Origin: a virus
Lineage: Duplodnaviria; Caudoviricetes
IMG/VR virus record: IMGVR_UViG_3300025529_000009
Location: 1 to 49,593 of that record
DNA length: 49,593 nt
Direction: 5' to 3' (one strand)
Part shown: in pieces, positions 16,677 to 25,957 of the stretch
How positions within the stretch are numbered: position 1 is the stretch's first letter
Layout of the letters: each line of letters opens with the position of its first letter
Notes under the pieces: generated by a model
Told to the model about the DNA's origin: nothing
What the model saw: only the letters and a program-made list of their open reading frames with translations
Databases searched by the model: none
Translations under genes and position numbers: made by a program

Positions 16677-19034
16677 ATGCACGACATCGAACTGGATATT
16701 TCTTTCGGCAAGCACCGTGCCGACACGAACTGGAAACCTGAATTTTTAACCTGGGGCGAGTTCGTTGATCGCTTGCGAAAGGTCCGGCGGACGAGCGAGA
16801 CGATGGCGCAATATGACGCAATGCACGCGGCAGGGAAAGGGAAGGTGAAGGACGGGCCCGCTTTCGTTGGCGGGCTCATCCGAGGCGGCCGGCGCAAGAA
16901 GGAGAACGTAGACACGCGCAGCCTGATCACGCTGGATGCCGATTTTGCAGACGATGATTTCCTCTTCACCGCGGAGCTTGTGTTGGGGGGCCGGGCCTAT
17001 GTGGTCTACTCCACGCACAGCCATCGGCCACACAAGCCCAAATACCGCCTGATCGCGCCGGCCGATCGCACCATGAGTCCGGACGAGTACGCGGCCGTCA
17101 GCCGAAAGGTAGCCGAGCAGATCGGCATGCACTACTTCGATAAGACGACGTTCCAGGTCCACCGCCTGATGTACCTGCCGAGCTGCAGCAAAGACGCGGA
17201 GCCGGTGTTGGAGGTCTACGAAGGAGACCCGATCTGCGTGGACAACATCTTGGCCGAGTATGAGGATTGGCGTGACGTGATGAGTTGGCCGCGGCATCCA
17301 GAGGAGAAAAGGGAGCTCAAGACCGCCACCAAAAAGGCCGAGGACCCACGAGAGAAATCCGGAATCATCGGTTTGTTCTGCCGGGCATTCACGATCGAGG
17401 AGGGGATCGACACGTTCCTGTCCGACGTATACGTGCCCGGAACCATGCCCAACCGGTACACCTACGTCCACGGCACGTCAGCGAACGGGCTCCAAATCTA
17501 TCCGGACCAAGAGCTGGCCTACTCCCATCAGGACAGCGACCCGATCGCAGACGGACGGACGTACAATCTATTCGACCTCGTGAGGGTTCACAAGTTTGGC
17601 CATCTCGATGACCAAGTCAAGGAGCACACGCCGGACGCCAAGAAGCCGAGTCATCTCGCAATGGAACGTTGGGCGGCGGATCGGCCGGAGGTGAAAAAAC
17701 TCGCGGCGGCTGAGCGGCAAGCGGAGTTTGCCGAGATGGCGGAAGACCTGGACGGAGAAGAAGGAGACGAGCCTGGCGAGGAAGACTGGGAAACCAAACT
17801 GGAACTGCACCATAAAACTGGCCTACCTCTACCGACAGCCGGAAATGTCGAGCTTATCCTTACAAATGGCCCTTGGCGAGGGGTGCTTGCCTATGACGCC
17901 TTCGGGAACACGGAAGTCATACGGAAGCCGCTGCCGTGGCGCGACCGCGAACGGCCGAACCGTTCTTATGAGCCATGGCTGGCGGCTGACGACAAGCGGC
18001 TTCAACATTGGTTCGCCAAAGTGTACGGCATCAATTCGGCCAAGCTGATCCAGAATGCGTTCACAGAAGTCGTCCACAAGAATACATTTCACCCGATCAA
18101 AGCCTACATCGAGAGCACGACATGGGACGGCGTGGCGCGCGCGGAGCGAGTGTTTATCACGTATCTGGGGGCGGCCGACACGCATTACGTCCGGCAGGTG
18201 ACTCGAAAAATGCTGCTGGCCGCAATAACGCGGCTCTATCGCCCGGGGTGCAAATTCGACCAGATGCTCGTCTTGGTTGGCCCACAGGGGGCCGGCAAAA
18301 GTAGTCTGCTGGCGAAGCTGGGCCGGGAGTGGTTTTCCGACAGCCTGCGGACATTTGAGAACAAGGAGGCCGGCGAACACCTGCAGTCGGGCTGGATATT
18401 TGAGATCGGAGAGCTGTCGGCCATGAAGAAGTCCGAGGTCGAGGAGGTTAAAGCCTTTCTGTCCAAAACGGAGGATCGCTACCGGGTGGCCTATGACCGG
18501 CAAGTGTCGGAGTTCCCGCGGAAGTGCGTATTTTTCGGAACGACGAATACGAGGGATTTCTTACGGGATACGACGGGAAACCGCCGATTTTGGCCGGTAG
18601 AAGTTGACCCGTCGCGGGCAGAGTTGAGCCATTGGGAGCATTTGACCGACGACGTGGTAAGCCAAATCTGGGCAGAAGTTTTGAGCTGGTACAGGGCGGG
18701 CGAGGGCCTGGAACTGGACAACGAAGCCCGCGAGGAAGCAGAGCGGCAGCAAGCTGCACATATGGAGAGCGATCCGCGCGAAGGTCTTATTCAGGAGTGG
18801 CTGGAGTCCGAAGAGCTTGACGAGTTGGACCGGCCGACGGGCCAGAAGCGGCAGCGCGTCTGCGCAGCCCAGATATGGGTGGAGTGCCTTGGGAAGCGGA
18901 GAGGCGATATGCGCCCATGGGAAGGTAAGGAGATCATGGACATTCTCCGCCGCATACCCGGATGGGCGGAACGAAAAGGAAAAGCGAAAGTGCCGGGTTA
19001 CGGGGTCCAAAGGGTATTTGAGCGGTTGCCGTAG
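16677..19034 (+). CDS. Primase-helicase: N-terminal prim-pol-like domain and VirE/VapE P-loop ATPase
   Basis: LDAD, YSTHSH, PGCKFD, Walker A GPQGAGKS, FEIGEL, GTTN, TGNRRFWP. Confidence 0.92.
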   Translation: MHDIELDISFGKHRADTNWKPEFLTWGEFVDRLRKVRRTSETMAQYDAMHAAGKGKVKDGPAFVGGLIRGGRRKKENVDTRSLITLDADFADDDFLFTAELVLGGRAYVVYSTHSHRPHKPKYRLIAPADRTMSPDEYAAVSRKVAEQIGMHYFDKTTFQVHRLMYLPSCSKDAEPVLEVYEGDPICVDNILAEYEDWRDVMSWPRHPEEKRELKTATKKAEDPREKSGIIGLFCRAFTIEEGIDTFLSDVYVPGTMPNRYTYVHGTSANGLQIYPDQELAYSHQDSDPIADGRTYNLFDLVRVHKFGHLDDQVKEHTPDAKKPSHLAMERWAADRPEVKKLAAAERQAEFAEMAEDLDGEEGDEPGEEDWETKLELHHKTGLPLPTAGNVELILTNGPWRGVLAYDAFGNTEVIRKPLPWRDRERPNRSYEPWLAADDKRLQHWFAKVYGINSAKLIQNAFTEVVHKNTFHPIKAYIESTTWDGVARAERVFITYLGAADTHYVRQVTRKMLLAAITRLYRPGCKFDQMLVLVGPQGAGKSSLLAKLGREWFSDSLRTFENKEAGEHLQSGWIFEIGELSAMKKSEVEEVKAFLSKTEDRYRVAYDRQVSEFPRKCVFFGTTNTRDFLRDTTGNRRFWPVEVDPSRAELSHWEHLTDDVVSQIWAEVLSWYRAGEGLELDNEAREEAERQQAAHMESDPREGLIQEWLESEELDELDRPTGQKRQRVCAAQIWVECLGKRRGDMRPWEGKEIMDILRRIPGWAERKGKAKVPGYGVQRVFERLP

Positions 19035-19273
19035 GTGGTTGCCAAAGGGTTGCCGAGGTTGCCGTGAGAGGTTGCCACGGTTGCCGAAAGGTTGCCATAA
19101 ACACACCGGTTCGGAAACTTCCCGAGCTCAACAACATCAAGGTTTTTTCAGCTTCGGTTGCCATGGTTGCCGTAAAATCCTTAAAAGTATAAAAAATAGT
19201 ATTTAAGTATACGCCGGGTATAGTTAAACAGGAAAAAATAGAGTACGCGCGCGTAGAGGGCAAAATGGCAACC
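19024..19273. repeat. Putative phage replication origin: GGTTGCC iterons plus AT-rich tract
   Basis: GGTTGCC at 19024, 19037, 19048, 19057, 19070, 19079, 19090, 19156 and 19165; inverted GGCAACC at 19267; AT-rich ~19173-19240. Confidence 0.75.
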
Positions 19274-19289
19274 GGGAAAAGGAGGCAAC

Positions 19290-19571
19290 ATGAGGGAGTC
19301 TACACTTGAACGGCGCTTGGTGCGGGAGGTCGAGCGGATCGGCGGCCTGGCACCAAAATGGGTCAGCCCCGGCCATCGCGGAGTGCCGGACCGGCTGGTC
19401 ATCCTGCCGGGTGGCAGGGTGGCGTTTGTTGAGATGAAGGTGCCGGGGAAACCGCTGCAGCCATTGCAGGAGAAGTGGGCGCGGACACTTCGGGGGATGG
19501 GGCACCGGGTGTACAAACTCGACTCACATGACGACATTGACCGATTCATCGCCGAGGTGAGCGAAGAGTGA
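19290..19571 (+). CDS. VRR-NUC domain nuclease
   Basis: MRESTLE...KWVSPG..GVPDRLVILPGG..AFVEMK. Confidence 0.92.
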   Translation: MRESTLERRLVREVERIGGLAPKWVSPGHRGVPDRLVILPGGRVAFVEMKVPGKPLQPLQEKWARTLRGMGHRVYKLDSHDDIDRFIAEVSEE

Positions 19572-20944
19572 AATATATACCGCACAAATATCAGGAATAC
19601 GCGACCCAGCGCATCCTGGACACGCCATATATAGCCCTGCTGCTAGAAATGGGCCTTGGGAAGACCGTGTTAACGCTGACCGCCATTGATTTGCTGTTGA
19701 ACGACTACTTTGAAGCTAACCGCGTGCTGGTGATTGCACCGTTGCGGGTGGCGGAAGATACCTGGAGCCGCGAGATTGATAAGTGGGATCATCTGCGGCA
19801 TCTGCGGATCTCGAAGGTGTTGGGAAGCGTGGCGCAGCGCCGGAAAGCGCTGAAAGCCGATGCTGACATCTACGTGATCAACCGCGAAAACGTGGAGTGG
19901 CTGGTCAGCGAGCTTGGCACCAAATGGGACTTTGACACGGTCGTCATCGACGAGCTGTCCAGCTTCAAAAACCATCAGTCGAAGCGATTCCGTGCCCTCC
20001 GTCGAGTCAGACCGATGATGAAACGGGTGATCGGTTTGACTGGTACTCCAGCACCAAACAGCTTGATAGACTTATGGCCGCAAATCTACTTGCTGGATCA
20101 GGGGGAGCGCCTCGGAAAGACAATCACGGGATACAGGGAACGGTATTTTATCCCTGGCGAGCGCAGCGGCCATATCGTCTACAAATGGCACGAGAAGAAA
20201 GAGGCGGAGCAGCGAATCTACGAGGCCATTAGTGATATCGCCGTCAGCATGAAGGCTGAGGATTGGCTGGAATTGCCAGAGAGGATTGATCGCGTGGTCC
20301 CGATTCGACTTTCTGAGCAAGCGCGGGCGTTGTACAAGAAATTGGAGCGAGATTTGCTGCTGCCGTACCAAGACGCGGACGTAGTAGCGAGCACCGCGGC
20401 CGTCCTGAGCAACAAACTGCTGCAGATGGCCAGCGGCGCGGTATACGACGAGGAGAAAGGGGTCAAGCTGATCCACGACGCCAAGCTGGACGCCTTGGAG
20501 GACATCATCGAGGCGGCACAAGGCAAACCGGTGATGGTGTTCTACAACTTCAAACACAGCCTTGAACGGATCCAGCAGCGGTTCCCGCAAGCGCGGACGC
20601 TGCGGAAAGGAAAAGACGGAAACGAGGACATTCGGGCCTGGAATAATGACGAGATCCCGCTGCTGCTTCTTCATCCGAAAAGCGCGGGGCACGGCTTGAA
20701 CCTGCAGGAGTCGAGCTGCCAAACCGTTGTGTGGTTCGATCAGATTTGGAGCTTGGAAGAAGATCAGCAGGCGAACGCCCGCGTCCATCGGCAGGGGCAG
20801 ACCAGGCGAATCGTCGTGATGCGGTTGGTGGCAGAAGGGACGATGGACGAGGAAGCAGTAGAGGCGCTGGAGCGGAAAGCCGCTGGGCAAGAAGCGCTAA
20901 TGCAGGCGGTCAAGGCACGGATTGAGAGAGTGAAGCAGGGATAA
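19568..20944 (+). CDS. SNF2-family helicase
   Basis: EMGLGKT, VIDELS, LTGTP, SAGHGLNLQ, QANARVHRQGQ. Confidence 0.93.
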   Translation: MKYIPHKYQEYATQRILDTPYIALLLEMGLGKTVLTLTAIDLLLNDYFEANRVLVIAPLRVAEDTWSREIDKWDHLRHLRISKVLGSVAQRRKALKADADIYVINRENVEWLVSELGTKWDFDTVVIDELSSFKNHQSKRFRALRRVRPMMKRVIGLTGTPAPNSLIDLWPQIYLLDQGERLGKTITGYRERYFIPGERSGHIVYKWHEKKEAEQRIYEAISDIAVSMKAEDWLELPERIDRVVPIRLSEQARALYKKLERDLLLPYQDADVVASTAAVLSNKLLQMASGAVYDEEKGVKLIHDAKLDALEDIIEAAQGKPVMVFYNFKHSLERIQQRFPQARTLRKGKDGNEDIRAWNNDEIPLLLLHPKSAGHGLNLQESSCQTVVWFDQIWSLEEDQQANARVHRQGQTRRIVVMRLVAEGTMDEEAVEALERKAAGQEALMQAVKARIERVKQG

Positions 20945-20985
20945 CATTCCGACAACTTAGTGGTTTCATCAGGAGGGTGAGCAGA

Positions 20986-21528
20986 ATGGCGCAAAAACAA
21001 GTATTAAGTCCGCAAATGCTTGAAGAGATTGCCCGTGTAGCTGTACAAGCAGTACTGGACTTTCAAGAGAAAGAAAAGCAGAAGCAGCAGAAGGCGAAAA
21101 AGGATTGGCGGCTGCGTAATACAAAACTGTTGTTGAAGCATTACCGGTCGTTCGTAAAACACAGCGAGGGCGTGAAGGAAAAGTTGTCGGCATTGGAGAG
21201 GGCAGAAGCCCTTGAAGAACTCTACACTGATGAGCTGGCGATCGAGGCAATCAAGCGAAGCAAAAAGCGGACGCTGGCGATGGTCCAGTTCATCCAAAAA
21301 ATGCTGGGCGTCTACAAAATGATGTGCGAAACGTCGGGGCAGCTAGAAGACATGAGACGATATCAGATCATCCACGAGCTGTACATCGCCGAAGAAAAAA
21401 GAACGGCGGAAGAATTAGCCGAATGTCACAAAATAGATACCAGAACGGTGTACAGAGACGTGAATGAAGCAGCAAAAACCTTGTCAGTTCTGATTTTTGG
21501 GGTTGATGGGGTCGAACTGGTCCGATGA
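20986..21528 (+). CDS. Late transcriptional activator (RinA/ArpU/Ltr-like)
   Basis: RLRNTKLLLKHYR and C-terminal HTH AEELAECHKIDTRTVYRD; last gene before the packaging module. Confidence 0.75.
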   Translation: MAQKQVLSPQMLEEIARVAVQAVLDFQEKEKQKQQKAKKDWRLRNTKLLLKHYRSFVKHSEGVKEKLSALERAEALEELYTDELAIEAIKRSKKRTLAMVQFIQKMLGVYKMMCETSGQLEDMRRYQIIHELYIAEEKRTAEELAECHKIDTRTVYRDVNEAAKTLSVLIFGVDGVELVR

Positions 21529-21536
21529 CAAAATCG

Positions 21537-21584
21537 TGTCAAAAAGACGTCATTTTCCCGTCACTCGTACCGTGATAGTATGAT
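21537..21584 (+). promoter_or_regulatory. Putative activator-dependent late promoter
   Basis: GTCA repeated with 11-bp period (21538, 21549, 21560), then TGATAGTATGAT containing a -10; no canonical -35. Confidence 0.6.
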
Positions 21585-21616
21585 ATCGTGGAAAAATATA
21601 CAAAGCGAAATGCACG

Positions 21617-21649
21617 AGCCATCCGAACAAACGGGTGGCTTTTGTTTTT
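21617..21649 (+). terminator. Intrinsic terminator in the late leader
   Basis: AGCCATCCG-AACAAA-CGGGTGGCT followed by TTTGTTTTT. Confidence 0.7.
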
Positions 21650-21660
21650 GGAGGGGTCGC

Positions 21661-21780
21661 ATGAAAATTATCCAGATCACGTTGCCAGTGAGAGAGTGGG
21701 AAGACTGCGTGCTGGCCTTCCGCGAGAAGGAAAAGCGCAAGTGGCAACGCAAGCTTGAAGCGCAGTGCGCGGGGAAATAA
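21661..21780 (+). CDS. Small basic protein, 39 aa
   Basis: RBS GGAGGGG; MKIIQITLPVREWEDCVLAFREKEKRKWQRKLEAQCAGK. Confidence 0.55.
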   Translation: MKIIQITLPVREWEDCVLAFREKEKRKWQRKLEAQCAGK

Positions 21781-21781
21781 T

Positions 21782-22016
21782 CGCGAGACATACGGCGTCG
21801 GCCACCTCGCTCCCCGTCCAGTGTGCCTCATATTCGAACACGCCAATCCTGCCCCAAGTGTGCAGTGACACGTACCTTTTGCGGCAAGCAGGGGCAAATG
21901 CTTGTCGGTTGGCTGGTATCCCGCCAGTCGGCTGCACTACCTCCTACGGCCTGTGACCGCAGCAGGCATAAGGATGGCTCGCGGCGGCTGCCTCACGCCG
22001 AAGGAAGTGAGGCATA
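21782..22016 (+). ncRNA. Candidate structured RNA upstream of terS
   Basis: Closing helix 21782-21791/21974-21983, GTGCAG/CTGCAC multibranch, terminal hairpin TGCCTCAC/GTGAGGCA. Confidence 0.55.
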
Positions 22017-22222
22017 TACAAAACAAACACTATGTCGGCGCCACGAATTTGGAAAAAATGGAAGTTCTTTATGCAGGATTTTATGCATACTTGCCTTCGG
22101 GAAATAAGCCAAAATGCCGAAAAATCAAGGGTGCATAAACATACACCGGCTGATAAAAGTTGAGTAGGGGTATAAAGCCCTTGGAGGTTTAGTGTTTTTT
22201 AGGGTTTTTGTACTTTTCCAGT

Positions 22223-22250
22223 GGGTCCGATAGCGAGTATTATGTAAACT
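22223..22250 (+). other. dif-like Xer recombination site
   Basis: GGGTCCGATAG-CGAGTA-TTATGTAAACT (11-6-11); right arm matches the B. subtilis dif right arm as recalled. Confidence 0.65.
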
Positions 22251-22329
22251 TCTTCAGGGACATTATGCATATCTTATGCATGGTAACAGCCTTTCATTTT
22301 CCAGTTTAAGGGCGGTGAGGTGACATGTA

Positions 22330-23133
22330 GTGGCAAGAGAACGAAGCCCAAACAGAGATAAAGCTTTCGATCTGTGGGTAAACAGCGCCGGCACTATGAA
22401 GTTGAGGGATATCGCTCAAGTCCTGGGCGTGTCCGACTCGCAAATTCGCAAGTGGAAGAACCAGGACAACTGGGATGACAAACTGAAAGGTAACGTTACC
22501 AATCCGAAAAGTAACGTTACCGATAACAGACAAAGTAACGCTTCCAAACGCAAAGGTGGGCCGGGGGCTCCGAAAGGAAACAAATACGCCGTAGGGAACA
22601 GAGGCGGAGCTGCGCCGAAAGGAAACAGCAATGCAGTCACCCACGGCTTTTTTCGTCGTATTTTCCCAGACGACGAGGAGACGCATGCCGTCATAGGAGA
22701 GATCGGCGTGAAAAGTCCCCTGGACATTCTTTGGGAGAACATTGTCATTCAGTACACGGCGATCGCGCGGGCTCAAAAGATCATGTTCGTCCGTGATCAG
22801 CAAGACTTGACGCGCGTACTAAAAAGACAGAAACCGGGCATGTTTGGAGACGAGGTTGAGTGGGAGTTGCAGCATGCCTGGGACAAACATGCAACGTTCC
22901 TGCAGGCTCAGTCCCGGGCCATGTCAACACTCCAGAACATGATCGCGAGGTATGAAGAGCTGTGCCGATCCGACTTGGCCACAGAGGAGCAGCGTCTGCG
23001 GATTGAAAAGCTCAAAGCCGAAATAGCCATGGTGAAAGGCGATGAGGAAGGCGCCCAGGATGACGGATTTATTGACGCGCTGAAAGGGAAAGCGCTGGAG
23101 GTATGGCAGCATGAAAGCGAGACTGAGGGTTAA
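22330..23133 (+). CDS. terS: Terminase small subunit
   Basis: N-terminal HTH (LRDIAQVLGVSDSQIRKWK..DNW), GAPKGNKYA and PKGNSNAVTHG repeats; overlaps terL. Confidence 0.9.
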   Translation: MARERSPNRDKAFDLWVNSAGTMKLRDIAQVLGVSDSQIRKWKNQDNWDDKLKGNVTNPKSNVTDNRQSNASKRKGGPGAPKGNKYAVGNRGGAAPKGNSNAVTHGFFRRIFPDDEETHAVIGEIGVKSPLDILWENIVIQYTAIARAQKIMFVRDQQDLTRVLKRQKPGMFGDEVEWELQHAWDKHATFLQAQSRAMSTLQNMIARYEELCRSDLATEEQRLRIEKLKAEIAMVKGDEEGAQDDGFIDALKGKALEVWQHESETEG

Positions 23134-24400
23134 GGCTTCGACGTTTCGCTGGAAGCCGTTTTCCGTCAAACAACTCCAGGTGCTCACGTGGTGGATGCCG
23201 GAGAGCCCGCACCACAACAAAAACGCGATCATTTGCGACGGGTCGGTACGCGCCGGAAAGACCGTCGCAATGTCCTTCAGCTACGTCTGTTGGGCGATGG
23301 AGATGTTTCAGCATGAGCAATTCGGGATGGCCGGGAAGACGATCGGAGCGCTTCGCAGGAATGTAATCGGTCCACTGAAGCAGATGCTCAAGAGCCGTGG
23401 GTATTACGTGCACGACAGCTTGACTGACAACATGCTCACGATCAGACGCGGCAGAGTGACGAACTACTTTTTCCTGTTTGGCGGAAAAGACGAGCGCAGC
23501 CAAGACCTGATCCAAGGGATCACGCTGGCGGGTATGTTCTTCGATGAGGTTGCCCTGATGCCGGAGTCTTTCGTAAACCAGGCTGTTGCCCGCTGCTCCG
23601 TAACGGGGGCAAAACAGTGGTTTAACTGTAACCCGGCCGGCCCGTACCACTGGTTCAAGCTTGCGTGGTTGGATCAGCTTGAGAAGAAAAACGCGCTCCA
23701 CCTCCACTTCACGATGGACGACAACCTGTCGCTTTCGGAAGAGCGCAAAGAATTCTACAAGCGTATGTTTACCGGCATCTTCTATCAGCGGTATATCCTC
23801 GGCTTATGGGTGTTGGCTGAGGGGATCATCTACGACATGTGGGATGATGACCTGAACACATTCGATGATGACGACCTTCCACTTGGCTTCAAGGCCAGAG
23901 CTCGCAGGTATATCGCCGTCGACTACGGCACCAGCAACCCCATGGTGTTTTTGGACATCTGGGATGATGGCGATACGTGCTGGATCGTAAACGAGTACTA
24001 TTACGACGGCCGCGCAAAAGGTGTCCAGAAAGAAGACAGCCAGTATGCCGACGATTTTGTGAAGTTCGTCGGGACGGAAACTCCTCCTCTCTACGTGATT
24101 CTTGACCCATCAGCGGCAAGCTTCAAAGCCGCGCTCCGCAACCGCGGGTACCGCGTGAAGGATGCGGACAACAACGTGGAAGACGGAATCCGGATGACGT
24201 CCACGATGATCGCAAAACGAAAACTGCGCGTACATCGGCGGAACTGCCCGAACTTCCTGAAGGAGCGCGCCAGCTATGTGTGGGATGAAAAGTCGGCTGA
24301 ACACGGTAAGGAAAAGCCCCTGAAGCAGAATGATCACAGCATGGACGCGATCAGATACTTCACGAAAACTGTAATCAAACCCAGACGTCTTCTGGGGTAA
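23111..24400 (+). CDS. terL: Terminase large subunit, PBSX-like
   Basis: DGSVRAGKT, FFDEVALM, CNP, VDYG, DPSAASF, DHSMDAIRY. Confidence 0.93.
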   Translation: MKARLRVKASTFRWKPFSVKQLQVLTWWMPESPHHNKNAIICDGSVRAGKTVAMSFSYVCWAMEMFQHEQFGMAGKTIGALRRNVIGPLKQMLKSRGYYVHDSLTDNMLTIRRGRVTNYFFLFGGKDERSQDLIQGITLAGMFFDEVALMPESFVNQAVARCSVTGAKQWFNCNPAGPYHWFKLAWLDQLEKKNALHLHFTMDDNLSLSEERKEFYKRMFTGIFYQRYILGLWVLAEGIIYDMWDDDLNTFDDDDLPLGFKARARRYIAVDYGTSNPMVFLDIWDDGDTCWIVNEYYYDGRAKGVQKEDSQYADDFVKFVGTETPPLYVILDPSAASFKAALRNRGYRVKDADNNVEDGIRMTSTMIAKRKLRVHRRNCPNFLKERASYVWDEKSAEHGKEKPLKQNDHSMDAIRYFTKTVIKPRRLLG

Positions 24401-24415
24401 GAAAGGAGGACGCCA

Positions 24416-25957
24416 ATGACCAGACGCGAGCGAAGCGCTACAAGGGACGCTAGGCAGCCGCCTAAGAGGCCTGAGCCAAAGATGCCCAGGGGCCTGACCA
24501 CCGACGCTTTTTCCAACGTTCTGGCGCGGCTGGGGTACGGTACACCGAATCTCATGGAGGGCACGGAATACCCGTTAACCCGGCTTACGCAGAACTACCA
24601 GCTGATGAACAGTCTGTATCGCAATAACTGGATCGTGCGGAAAATCATCGACGTGATTCCGGAGGATATGACGCGCAACTGGATCACCATCACGACTCAG
24701 CTGCCGCCTGATGAGATCCGGAAGCTGAACAAGCTTTGGCGTGTGCGCCGGGTACGGCAAAAGATACTGACCGGTTTAAAGTGGGGCCGGCTGTATGGCG
24801 GTGCGGTTGGTGTCATCATGATCGAGGGTCATGAGGATATCCTTCATGAGCCGTTGGACTTTGACACGATAATGCCAGGCTCCTTTAAGGGATTGCTGAT
24901 CCTGGATCGCTGGTCCGGAGTGTCTCCCAGCGCAGAGCTGGTCGCCAACATCGACGACCCTGAATTCGGCCTGCCTGAGAGCTATCAGGTTACCATGGAG
25001 GACGGCCGCACGCAGAGAGTGCATCACAGCCGGATCGTTCGGTTTATCGGGCGGGAGCTGCCATATTGGGAGAAGCTCGCGGAGTCGTACTGGGGTGCGT
25101 CTGAAGTGGAAGTCGTCTTCGACGAGCTGAAGAAACGCGATAACACGTCCTGGAACATCGCGCAGCTGATCTTCTTGGCCAACCTTCGCGTGTTGAAGAT
25201 GTCAGACCTAGGCGAAATGCTGGGAGTCGGGGATGAACAGGCACAGCGAGAACTGTACAACACGTTACAGGCACAAAATTGGCTCATGTCAAACATGGGC
25301 CTTTATTTGTTGAACAAAGACGATAGCTTTGAGACGCATCAGTATACGTTCTCCGGCCTGAATGATATCTACGAGAGTTTCATGCTCGATATTGCCGGTG
25401 CGTGCCAGATCCCGGTTACGAAATTATTTGGACGCTCCCCCGCGGGCATGAATGCAACTGGGGAAAGTGACATGCAAAACTACTACGAGGTGATTCAGCA
25501 GCAGCAGGAGTCCATCCTCGGCCCGGTGCTGGATAAGCTTCTCCCCATCATGTGCATGTCCGAATTTGGCGCGATCCCGGACGACCTGGAGTATACGTTC
25601 AACCCGATCCGCACACCGGATGATGAAGAAATCGCCGACTTGGCTGATAAGAAGACCAAGTCGATCCTCGAAGTGTACAATGCTGGGCTCATCAGCCAAA
25701 AGACGGCGCTGAAGGAGCTGAAGCAGCTCTCTACCACAACCGGCATGTTCAGCAACATAACGGACGAGGACATCGAGAACGCAGACGACAGCACCCATCA
25801 AGGCGAGGAGGGGTTTGGTGGTGATTTAAGTTATGGCGAATTCACTTTGGGCGCCGAGACGTCGAATCGAACAGGCGTACCGCAGGGCGATACAAGCAGC
25901 GTTGAAAAGTTTAGGCGAGTCCTTGACCGGATTAGAAGACGTTTCCGAAATGCTTGA
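24416..25957 (+). CDS. Portal protein (DUF1073-like)
   Basis: Follows terL; LYRNNWIVRKIID, GRLYGG, IPVTKLFGRSPAGMNATGESD..NYY. Confidence 0.9.
   Translation: MTRRERSATRDARQPPKRPEPKMPRGLTTDAFSNVLARLGYGTPNLMEGTEYPLTRLTQNYQLMNSLYRNNWIVRKIIDVIPEDMTRNWITITTQLPPDEIRKLNKLWRVRRVRQKILTGLKWGRLYGGAVGVIMIEGHEDILHEPLDFDTIMPGSFKGLLILDRWSGVSPSAELVANIDDPEFGLPESYQVTMEDGRTQRVHHSRIVRFIGRELPYWEKLAESYWGASEVEVVFDELKKRDNTSWNIAQLIFLANLRVLKMSDLGEMLGVGDEQAQRELYNTLQAQNWLMSNMGLYLLNKDDSFETHQYTFSGLNDIYESFMLDIAGACQIPVTKLFGRSPAGMNATGESDMQNYYEVIQQQQESILGPVLDKLLPIMCMSEFGAIPDDLEYTFNPIRTPDDEEIADLADKKTKSILEVYNAGLISQKTALKELKQLSTTTGMFSNITDEDIENADDSTHQGEEGFGGDLSYGEFTLGAETSNRTGVPQGDTSSVEKFRRVLDRIRRRFRNA

Noticed and set aside
19024-19171. 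GGTTGCC repeats as a CRISPR array or VNTR
   Set aside because: Units are 7 bp with 2-6 bp gaps, far too short for CRISPR and not exact tandem copies; iterons fit better
21765-22138. Short overlapping ORFs upstream of terS
   Set aside because: No convincing RBS or protein features; the region is better explained by RNA structure and the dif-like site
22263-22281. ArgR/AhrC box reading of TGCAT-N5-ATGCA next to the dif-like site
   Set aside because: The spacing is one base longer than the canonical ARG box, and the motif recurs as direct repeats
24416-25957. Anti-CBASS Acb1 label sometimes given to DUF1073 proteins
   Set aside because: Position and motifs indicate a portal; no fused 2H phosphoesterase domain with paired HxT motifs is evident
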